Translations under genes and position numbers: made by a program
In this document: positions 43,554 to 52,713 of the stretch, piece by piece
Layout: each line of letters begins with the position of its first letter
Position numbering within the stretch: the first letter of the stretch is position 1
Source: Corallochytrium limacisporum Hawaii
Taxonomy: Eukaryota; Protista; Pluriformea
Length of the DNA stretch: 64,000 nucleotides
NCBI GenBank assembly: GCA_002811645.1
Contig: PDIP01000098.1
Span: forward strand, 86,701-150,700
Reading direction: 5' to 3'
Notes under the pieces: model-generated
Seen by the model: only the letters and a program-made list of their open reading frames with translations
Told to the model about the DNA's origin: nothing
The model's database searches: none

Positions 43554-46037
43554 CAGCAAAGGCAGCATAAGGTATGCGACCATCCAGACGGTGCTAGAGC
43601 AATGGCCGCCAACTGGCAAAGATCCTGAGAATGCGAAAGCATGCCCAATACAGGTCTTTGGTACGCACCTCGAAGAGGAAACAGGCAGAGCTGGGTGGGA
43701 TCCAAAAGTCGAGTATTTTCTTTTTTTTTTTGCTCTGAGAGTGCAGAACTGCGGTGGTTGCCTGGTGTGCCTGGTGCAAATTTTCATTTTTTTTTTCGAG
43801 TCGCTTCTTTGTAGCTTATTATGTATAAACAAGGACCTGGGTGTTTTGTAGTGAACTTTCCACCTCCTTCGTTTTGTTTCTGGCTCCCATTTTTTCTTTC
43901 CGTTTAAGATCCCATTTGTCTTAATTTGTATTTCTAATTCTTATTTTTTTTTGTTCGTTCTTGTCATACACACCGGGTAGTGTCCATGATATATGTACCA
44001 GCAACAAACCATGACCCAATTTGGACAAAATGGAACAAATCCCTTAACTTGGGGTCAGCGCGGCGCACCTCGACGGCAAATTTACGAGACGGGGCAGGAC
44101 CGGGGGGAAGGAATGTTGTGTTGCGCAGCATCGGACGACACTGGCCGGGTAGACGGGAAGGTTTAGAGTCGTCGTCATTGCCCTTGGATTTTCCACTGCG
44201 TACCGCAATGTCGCGATATTGCTTCGTAAGTGAAGAAAAGAAGACCGAGACTACATGTCTTCCTGAAGTCAAGGATGTCTGGGTAGCCTAGAGAGCGCAG
44301 AGACTGACAGTTTTCACCGCTGTTGAAGTGTTACGTAGACTGGAAGAAGCGATGCGTACTTGGCTGTTCGACTTGTTGGGCAATGAACCGGGCCCCTGAC
44401 GTTTCCTGCTGAGTGTGGGGGCTGTTGGCAACAGGTGTACTGTCAAGATCGAGGCTCTCCTTAGATCTCGTGACAAGCGCTTTGCGCTCGACGCCCGCAC
44501 ATTGCACTAGATGATGAAGGTATCGGCGCGTGAGTGACCGGTGTACGTGGGCAGCGGTGCTATTGTTCCCTCGTCGTGTTCTGCGCTATCATCCGCGGCG
44601 AGTGGAAAGTGGTCACCTTATGCAAGATAGGATACTACCCACCGGAGGCATCGACATGGAAGAGATATCTAGCTCCCAAATGAGTAACCTTGCGGCCATG
44701 TTTACCCAACATAATGTAGGAGTTCAACAATGCAGTGGGTCCCAACACAGCATCCATCGCAAGACGTCGAATCGTAAAAAGTAGACCGGTGAATGTAACT
44801 CCATGAACACCAGCAGAGTTAGGCATTGCTCACCAATCTACGAACATCCTCGGGTGCCCTACCATAGCCCCCTTCCCAGGTTAGTACCTCCTGACAATCT
44901 TAACAGCTGGCGTATAATGTCCATGGCTAGAAGTCTAGCGTATGACCACCTCCTGCACTCGCCCTTGGTGCGTCCAACGTTGGCTTGTGACATCTCCAAG
45001 TGTCCACTGTAACATGTGTCCATTAATCTTGTCTGGACGAGAAAAAAGGCCAGTTGCATGAGCATGCGCCAAGGTCGGCAGTTCCCTGTGGATTGGAGCC
45101 CAAGCGAATTGTCTCTCGCGATGTCGGATGTTACCACCGTTGCCATTGATCCAAAGGTTGGGGTAGGGACGGTTCTGAGTGAAGGGGTTTCAGATGGAGT
45201 TGAGCGACAGAATCCTATGTTTTGCTCCTTCAACACTGATATCTAAGGAATGCTCGGTGCTCTTCAACTGGGAGCCAGATTGGGGCAAACCGAAGGTCCT
45301 GCAGTTATGTCTTCCGATAGTAAATGTGCCGCGGTGCCAGACGAAAAGTATCGATCAAGTGACAACCTCGTCTCGTACGTGGACCGATACATCCTCACTT
45401 AATGTTCCCGACCCGCACTCGCGGAGCCTCCCCACCCACGCGATCACTCGAGGGCCGGCCGCTGAAGCTCGGTACCGAACCCTAAACACAATATAGACTC
45501 CGAACAGCAGCAGAGATAGAGAGAAGGTGCTTTTGATTGGAACGAACGACAAGCCCGGCGAAGCCGAGGTTGACCAAAGGGAGTCTATTTTGTGGATGGC
45601 TTCCCTGTCATAGCCTATATTCATGTCCGGATATATTAACTATTTTTTTTGCTTGAACAAATAGTAAAAAATCCCGCTGCCCATGAAAGTTTTCAAAGCA
45701 GACTTGCTTACCTATCAAATTAGGCCAGTATGATACGTATATTAAAATATAGCCCAAACTCAAAAACGAGTCGCTCGTCCCCAGCGGAGTACCCCGTGGA
45801 TCCAGTGCGACGGTGTCAGGTCCGGTTCGGGTCAGACTGGCGGGCACGACGAAACCATATGGTGCTGGTAGTTCAAAACCAACGTCGTCGATCAGAACCA
45901 TTGAAATTCATAGTTGGTATCCATTGATAAGGGGACACAACCGCATACAGCGACAATGATGCAACCGTAGAGTAGAACAAGCGCACCGCAGGGTTTCGCA
46001 ATATACCAAACGAGCTCTCGTGGCCACAAGCACAAAT

Positions 46038-46895
46038 ATGTTTGCACTGCGCAGGTTCGGCAAGAATTCTAGTGCTTTGCAGTTCGTAAGACCACACATT
46101 CTACCAGCTCAAATACGATTCGCTGGACACTCGAAATGGCACAATATTCAGCACAGGAAGGGCAAGCAGGATGCAATTAAGTCGAAGATCAATGCCAAAC
46201 ATGCCAATTTCATCCGCATTGCCGCATCCAACAACCCAGATCCGTCCCTCAATGCTAATTTACAGGATGCCATCGGCAGAGCTAAAAGCGAAGGAGTACC
46301 AGGGTCCGTGATTGAAAAAGCCCTGCAGTCGGCAAGTAAGGAACAGACGGCAGGAGCAGGCAATTATCAGAACTTCGTGCTCGAAGCCAGGGGACCGGGC
46401 GGGATGACGTGCATGATTGAATGTCTGAGCGACAATCGAAAGCGTGCCCTACAAAATATAGCCACAGTCTTTGGAAAGTTTCAAGGAACGGTTGGATCTG
46501 GCACCGCTGCATACAATTTCCAGCACTGCGGCGTGATTCGCATGGAGTGCGGACTGCAGGGATCGGACCCCACGTTTGATCGAATCTTTGAGGTCGCAGT
46601 GGAAGCCGGTGCTGAGGATGTTGTGGTCGAGGATGACGGAATTCCAGTGGAAGGTGAGATTTTGAAGGAGGAATTGCCGGTCGTGTGCAGGATTCAATGC
46701 GAACGCACATCTCTGCGGGAGATCGCTAGGATCGTTGAGAATGCACTCGGCAAGGAACCTAAGAGCGTTGCCATGGAGTACCTACCCTTAGATCTGGTTG
46801 AGGTCAACGAGGCGGATGTGGAGCGAATTGGCAAGCTCATGGATATGCTAGATGATGACCTGGACACGGCCAAGGTGCATCATAATCTCGCATGA
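46038..46895 (+). CDS. TACO1: YebC/TACO1-family mitochondrial translation factor
   Basis: Presequence ending IRF, then AGHSKWHNIQHRKG, NPDP..N, EARGPGG, IECLSDN, EAGAEDV; first ATG 46038. Confidence 0.93.
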   Translation: MFALRRFGKNSSALQFVRPHILPAQIRFAGHSKWHNIQHRKGKQDAIKSKINAKHANFIRIAASNNPDPSLNANLQDAIGRAKSEGVPGSVIEKALQSASKEQTAGAGNYQNFVLEARGPGGMTCMIECLSDNRKRALQNIATVFGKFQGTVGSGTAAYNFQHCGVIRMECGLQGSDPTFDRIFEVAVEAGAEDVVVEDDGIPVEGEILKEELPVVCRIQCERTSLREIARIVENALGKEPKSVAMEYLPLDLVEVNEADVERIGKLMDMLDDDLDTAKVHHNLA

Positions 46896-46992
46896 TGATG
46901 ACCAGAGACACGGGCTCTACACTGCAGACGTTGCATTGGTTTATCATTGTGGATATACACATAGAGAAAGATGTATTGTAACTATTGATTAT

Positions 46993-49089
46993 TTAGGGCT
47001 TACACCACGGCGTGGACTTGGTCTTGCAATGAATTTTCACATCAATCTGGTGATACTTGACACCCTCAGACTCCAGCTCATGTTCCTTCACCAGGGTGTA
47101 CTCCAGGCTGCGGTAGCCTGAGTTGGACTTGCCCTTGGCACTACGTGCCTTTGCCTTACCCACGTCTCTACTTCTGTCCTTGGGATGGATGCTGAACCAG
47201 GATGGCTGGCCATGGAACTTATCCGGGTCGCCTATGTTTGGAGTCATAAATCCAATACGTTTGTTGACGAAGCGATTGCGAAACTCGTCGTCTTCACCGC
47301 CCCAACCCCAGAAGAAGTTTGAGAATCCGTTGACAGCTTCGAAGTCCTTAACGCTCATCAGATGAACACCGCCAAAGTACCGCACGTAGGTCATACGAGT
47401 GTACAATTGGGCAGGAGTCATGTGAACGGTCTCTCCTGGATAAGAGAAATCCAACAGTGGGTCCTTGGGCAGTGTGTCAACATCGTTTAACAGAACGTAG
47501 TCGCAGCCTAGTTTATCAGCATGCTTCACGCCTGCATTTAGCACACTCCCACGATTGAAGCGATACTTATCAACCTGATTGACAACTAGGAACGTATGCG
47601 GTACTTTGGCCTTATTCATCATCCATTCGCTCATGTATGGCAGGAACTGGTCAAGTTCCTTTTGTGCTTTGCGGAAAGGCACAATGATGCACAGGTGGTG
47701 CGGCCGCGACTCTTCAACCGCAGTATGTTTCCGTCCAGCGGAACCCTCCTCGAGTTTCACGAGACCGCGTTCGCGTGCTCTCCTGCTTGCAGAGACGAAG
47801 TTTCCGGAGGCTTTTACCATGGGGATCAGCGGAGGCAGGTTTGGGACACGCTCATATCCTACTTTGACAGCCAGGGTGTTCTTGATCAGATCTAGTGTTT
47901 GTTGCAAGTTTTCCCACTCCCGACTTTCATCACTTAAACAGTGACCAATGGCGTCTGGCCAGATATCAGGTGTCTTCTGGTACCCGAGCCAGGTCAGCAT
48001 GGTGGCCACAAGATATTTCCCTTGATTCAGCAATTCCGGATTGTCGGTGTACTGCTCCAGATGGTGGAAGTACCCATTGAATGCCGTAACTGTAATGCTG
48101 TGGAGAAGATCTTGGTGAAAGAGCGTGACTCCGGTACCCACGAACACGCCATAGTCATTCATTTTCAGCTCCGGATGACCCGCTGGGTAAGGACCTTGCC
48201 CTCCCGATCCATCAGCATTGATCTCGTCTTCAATTTGGTTGAGCGGCACTATCCATGCCTTGGAGCCCATGACCTGCAATCGATCAGTACTGGCCCAAGC
48301 ATCGTACATGGTGTTAACACCCGAAATGTTGATGTCCGGATGGTCGATGAAGAGGAGTCCCTCCTCAAGGTTTTCCAACGCAAGTTTGTGGAAGATATAC
48401 GGCAGATACTCTTGATCCAGTTCGATGATCACCGGGTTCCATTCTGAAGGTATTAAGGCTGCGATACGCCAGTGTGGAGGCCTGTAGGACAAACTATTGT
48501 TCCAAATAATATAAATATTCTTGATGCACTTAATCTTTTGCACCCGATGCAGGAGATGGAACAAACCGTGCGGTTGGGCGGACATGTCCAAGACCAAGGT
48601 GAGCCTTACCGGACAGTCTTCCACATTTTTGACTTCCTCTTCGCTGCTGATGGGGACCAAAGAATGATGTATGTAACCGCCCAGCGTGTCAGGGAGCCCA
48701 ATGGAGCTGCATTCGATAATCCGATGTGGGTCACCATTCTCACCATCCACAGCACCCCACTCTGGTTCAGCATGGTCCGAGGGCAATCTCAGACGGAGAT
48801 ATTTATCAGCGTCATACGTTTCAATGTTCGCTGCGCTTGCTTCTGAGTGCGGCACTGTATACTCCACATTGTTACCTTTGCGAAGAGTGTCCCATTCTTT
48901 GGGACTTACCCCGTACTGACGTACCTTTCCGGGGACTGATCTTGTCGGATCTTCAAAGATAAATCGATACCAGGTGTACCTCGGAGCATATTCTGCTGTG
49001 TTGATAACATATCGTGTGATCCCATACACTGCCAGGCACAGCAATGCAGCTGCAACGATAACCTTTCCTGGCCTTCTACTGAGCCGCAT
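46993..49089 (-). CDS. B4GALT7: Type II Golgi glycosyltransferase: degenerate GT64 (EXT-like) domain fused to xylosylprotein beta-1,4-galactosyltransferase (GT7)
   Basis: N-terminal anchor; C-terminal VPFR, NQVDKYRFNRG, DVD, YFGG, NGFSNFFWGWGGEDDEF, TPWC; central IKNIYIIWNN..PP..LLFID segment; first in-frame ATG 49089. Confidence 0.85.
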   Translation of the reverse strand: MRLSRRPGKVIVAAALLCLAVYGITRYVINTAEYAPRYTWYRFIFEDPTRSVPGKVRQYGVSPKEWDTLRKGNNVEYTVPHSEASAANIETYDADKYLRLRLPSDHAEPEWGAVDGENGDPHRIIECSSIGLPDTLGGYIHHSLVPISSEEEVKNVEDCPVRLTLVLDMSAQPHGLFHLLHRVQKIKCIKNIYIIWNNSLSYRPPHWRIAALIPSEWNPVIIELDQEYLPYIFHKLALENLEEGLLFIDHPDINISGVNTMYDAWASTDRLQVMGSKAWIVPLNQIEDEINADGSGGQGPYPAGHPELKMNDYGVFVGTGVTLFHQDLLHSITVTAFNGYFHHLEQYTDNPELLNQGKYLVATMLTWLGYQKTPDIWPDAIGHCLSDESREWENLQQTLDLIKNTLAVKVGYERVPNLPPLIPMVKASGNFVSASRRARERGLVKLEEGSAGRKHTAVEESRPHHLCIIVPFRKAQKELDQFLPYMSEWMMNKAKVPHTFLVVNQVDKYRFNRGSVLNAGVKHADKLGCDYVLLNDVDTLPKDPLLDFSYPGETVHMTPAQLYTRMTYVRYFGGVHLMSVKDFEAVNGFSNFFWGWGGEDDEFRNRFVNKRIGFMTPNIGDPDKFHGQPSWFSIHPKDRSRDVGKAKARSAKGKSNSGYRSLEYTLVKEHELESEGVKYHQIDVKIHCKTKSTPWCKP

Positions 49090-49098
49090 GATCGACCA

Positions 49099-49130
49099 CT
49101 GTTGGTAACAAGCACACAAGACCCGCTTAC
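49099..49130 (-). other. Candidate 32-nt 5'-UTR intron of the B4GALT7-like gene
   Basis: Minus strand GTAAGCGGGTCTTGTGTGCTTGTTACCAACAG, 9 nt before the ATG; splicing would leave an upstream ATG out of frame. Confidence 0.25.
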
Positions 49131-49686
49131 GACATGACCAACTCTACCTGTACTTTCAATTCCCGTGAAAAGAAGTCTGCTTAATCTTTCAAACAAAAAA
49201 TGGCCCATAGGCATCAACATGGCGATTGATTCCCTCAAACCAAGGCGTCCTTATGTCCCCACGTCATGATCCCCCTGAAATAGCACCGCTCACCCACCGT
49301 CAACCCCCCAACCCCCAACCCCTTTGCAATAGATCTTGGGTGAATTATTACTCCATGTCCAACCCTCCCCTGACCTCCTCCTTGCCCCCCCCCCTCGCCA
49401 GGGCAGCCCACCCGTCCTCTCGAAACTCCAGGACGGGGGAGCCCCGCAGGGATCGGGTCACCAACTTTTTTTTTTCCCCTGAACCCAGGGCAAAAAGACC
49501 CAGCAATTTACCGCCGATTCCGCCACACTTCTCTCTCTCTCTCTCGACCAACCGCAACCCTCTCCCCTGCCCTTCTCTAATTTCACCAATTCATAATATA
49601 TGCTCACTTGAACAACAACCGCACGCGGTCAACCAGAACGACCACCAACCACCACGGGGAGCCGGGAAGTGAGAAAAGGCCTGAGG

Positions 49687-49713
49687 GAGAGAGAAGAGAG
49701 AGCGAGAGAGAAG

Positions 49714-49744
<31 letters not shown>

Positions 49745-49754
49745 GGTGAGAGAG
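49687..49754. repeat. Imperfect (GA)n tract
   Basis: GA-rich run. Confidence 0.85.
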
Positions 49755-50456
49755 GGTGATGAGGACGGGAAAGCCCCGAGGGGAGCCCCAACGCCCCGGG
49801 GACCCAATCAGAAAAGAAAGAAAGGCAATTAAAGCGTTGATTTCATTTGTATACCAAGGCCCCGGGTGGGGAGGGGGGTGAGGACGAGGGAGATGGTTGG
49901 CTCCGGTGGGGTGTCCATACCCCCGAACAACACTTCCTAGCCCTGCGCACCAACTCTTACCGATTTTCTTCTAATCCACCATCGTCATAACTCCATGCCG
50001 GCCGCGGGTTTGCTGTGTGATCAAAAGCACTAGTTCTCCTTCGTCCGGCGGCGCGCTGGTTTATGGCGGTAGACCACAAGAACCCCTCAGGCTTCCTGTA
50101 CGTATTCCCACCGGACCACCGGCTCTCGCGTTGCTGCGTGTTCTCCTGGTGGTGGTGGTGTTGCTTGTCTATGTGCTCTTCATTATCGGGTTCGTTTCGT
50201 CGCTTTCGTCCCTTTTTTCCCCCTCTCCGTGTGCCGGTGCTTGCCCGTCTTTTTCATTTTTTTCTTCTTCTCCCGAGGTGGCCCCCCCCCGGGGGGGCAG
50301 GGAAGGGTGTGTGTGTGTTTCTTTCGCGGAAGCTTTTCGAATTGGTTCGCTCATCAGTCAAAATCAAGACTTCCCGTGGCAGGCGTAGACTGTGGTATGC
50401 CGGCCCCCCCCCCCCCCCGGGGGGGGGAAAAAGGGGGAGTAGGGGGGGGGGGGGGG

Positions 50457-50533
50457 NNNNNNNNNNNNNNNNNNNNNNNNNNNNNNNNNNNNNNNNNNNN
50501 NNNNNNNNNNNNNNNNNNNNNNNNNNNNNNNNN
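50457..50533. other. Assembly gap
   Basis: N run flanked by G/C homopolymers. Confidence 1.
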
Positions 50534-50676
50534 CCCCCGCGCGGAGAGAGAAAAAGGGGGGTTAAGGGGGGGGGGGGCTGGAAGATTTCCAGGAGAGATA
50601 CGGGTGCGCAGGACGGGGACATCGGGGCGGGCAAGAGAGTGATGGTGCAATCGGGCAAAACGCATTCGTTTATTCT

Positions 50677-52713
50677 TTATAGATCAATGGCAAACATGCC
50701 TGCAGCTGCCTTCCAGCCTATGGCATGGACATATTCCTTGAAGTCCTCATGGAGAGAATCCCGGACTGCATCCGAAATGCGGATGACAGTGGAAAGCTCA
50801 CCAAAGCTGATGATGGGTCCGCGCCTCAGGCTGACCAGCATATGGTCCAGGTATCGTACCGCCAGCGCATGTGCCGCTTCGAGATGCTGATCAGTGTTGT
50901 CCGGGTCTGCAAAGCAACAGAAAGTGTACTTGTCCAATAGCGGTTTCACTTTTTCATACATGACCCATTGGTATGTGACAGGACACAGCAGCTGGCTCGG
51001 CTCAAACAGGCCCTTGTAGCGCATCTTGGGGCAGCGGTGAATGTAATATCCCATTTGGTAGTACTGCAGCGACGGCACCTTCGCATTCAATTCTTTGACA
51101 TGCTCAATTTCCATTATGGCAGTTAGTACACCAGGGGACAGGAATGAGTAGCGAGGGTCGTAGTAGAGGTAAACCGAGCTCAAGCATTCGGGCAGCAGAT
51201 CCCATACCCCCACTGCCATGATCTCGCCATCCACGCGGTAGATACGGTGGAATGTACCGTAGCGCACGGCACCGCCGTGGCAAGCATTGACGTACGCCAA
51301 CGGCGAGTGCACAAGAAATTTGGTGTACTGTGTTGTTGACAGATGATGGTCTGAGTCACCGTGGACGTGCCTTTGATAAGCACAGTACACTTTGTATGAC
51401 TCCTGGTTAAAAGTGGCGGGTACTGTCTCGCAGCTGAAGGTGTGCTTGCGGGCAAAGTCAACTACCGGCCGGTCCAGGTCGCTGAACTGACTGTTGGCGT
51501 CCTGGAAAGCATCGCTGGTCTGGCTATCTACATCAGAACCCTGCGAATATACATGGGACGTAGACAGCCCTTCACTGGTAGACTGACTGATGGAGGATCC
51601 CGTCCTGCTGCCACGCTCCTCGGTCCCATTGATTCCTTGGGATCGGACCGGCAGTGGCTGTGCGCTAGAAGGATCCATGGAGATCATGTTCAGCGAAGCC
51701 GGGCCTGTGCCGTTCAATTCCATGTCCTCGCCCAGGCTCTGCAGCTCCGGAGATATTCCCCGTTTGTTTACTTTCCCATTGGAGACCGCCTTGGACGACG
51801 TCTTCAACTCATTTTCCAATTCCAGAATCTTGTCTTTCGCGGCGGCCATTTGATTCTTCAAATCTGCTTCCTTACCCAAGCACTCCATTAACTCATCGGA
51901 GGTGAAATTGATCATGCCATTCGGGGCAAAACTGGCGTGTTGAATGCCGATTCGGGCTAGGCTATGATCAGAGTTCAGTGCCTTTGCCAAGTATGCTGCT
52001 GCCGCTCCCGGGTTCTTCGGTGCGTCTCCATTGAGCTCGAGGCTGGCGGGTCCCTTTTTGTTGATCCGTGCCACAATAATGCCGGCATTACTGAAGCATG
52101 GCCCAAAACTTTCGGCCTTCTTTCCCTGGTTCGCCCGCACAACAATGCTGTCGCAGAGGGTCGGACTATTATCACCCGGAGTACCAATCTGTTCAATAAT
52201 TAATGTTCGCAACTTTTCGAAAACTTTCTGCATATTACTTTTCAGGCTTGCAGATTGGGTTGCCAGTGTTTGCAAACGTTGCTTCTCTTCAGTCAGTTTC
52301 GATTGCACGGCCTCATTGGAACAGTTGCTCATTACATCATAGCCACTATCGTCCTCTCGGAGACCCGCTTCTGTTGGTTTCAATTCACCAGCGAGGAACT
52401 TCCGGAAGCGGCTCAAGATCTTTCTATGACTTCTGCGTGGTTTGTAGTCCTTGGCAAGTAGACGGATCGAATACTGAGGGCAGCACGCGATCATATTGCA
52501 TGGTTGGTAGAACAGATTTCCACTGCGTCTCCATCCACGGTTACTCAGGACCTGGTAATGCTCGGGGGAGCAGGTCTCAATGCGGGCTCTGAAGGCCCAC
52601 CGACCTTCTCCGTCTCCACTGCAATAATTGCAATGCGTTCCAGCGGTTCCATAAACCGTCACCCGTGCTATTGAGGGTGGGTCCCCATTATTGATGTCGT
52701 CTGCGGCCGTCAT
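50677..52713 (-). CDS. ATE1: Arginyl-tRNA--protein transferase 1
   Basis: 678 aa; CNYC, RGWRRSG, CCPQYSIRL, YQRHVH, YGTFH, LSSVYLYYDP, MGYYIHRCPKMRYK; long central insertion. Confidence 0.96.
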   Translation of the reverse strand: MTAADDINNGDPPSIARVTVYGTAGTHCNYCSGDGEGRWAFRARIETCSPEHYQVLSNRGWRRSGNLFYQPCNMIACCPQYSIRLLAKDYKPRRSHRKILSRFRKFLAGELKPTEAGLREDDSGYDVMSNCSNEAVQSKLTEEKQRLQTLATQSASLKSNMQKVFEKLRTLIIEQIGTPGDNSPTLCDSIVVRANQGKKAESFGPCFSNAGIIVARINKKGPASLELNGDAPKNPGAAAAYLAKALNSDHSLARIGIQHASFAPNGMINFTSDELMECLGKEADLKNQMAAAKDKILELENELKTSSKAVSNGKVNKRGISPELQSLGEDMELNGTGPASLNMISMDPSSAQPLPVRSQGINGTEERGSRTGSSISQSTSEGLSTSHVYSQGSDVDSQTSDAFQDANSQFSDLDRPVVDFARKHTFSCETVPATFNQESYKVYCAYQRHVHGDSDHHLSTTQYTKFLVHSPLAYVNACHGGAVRYGTFHRIYRVDGEIMAVGVWDLLPECLSSVYLYYDPRYSFLSPGVLTAIMEIEHVKELNAKVPSLQYYQMGYYIHRCPKMRYKGLFEPSQLLCPVTYQWVMYEKVKPLLDKYTFCCFADPDNTDQHLEAAHALAVRYLDHMLVSLRRGPIISFGELSTVIRISDAVRDSLHEDFKEYVHAIGWKAAAGMFAIDL

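Noticed and set aside
50402-50577. Similar G/C-rich sequences on both sides of a gap
   Set aside because: They look like two error-laden versions of one locus, indicating low-quality sequence rather than a repeat
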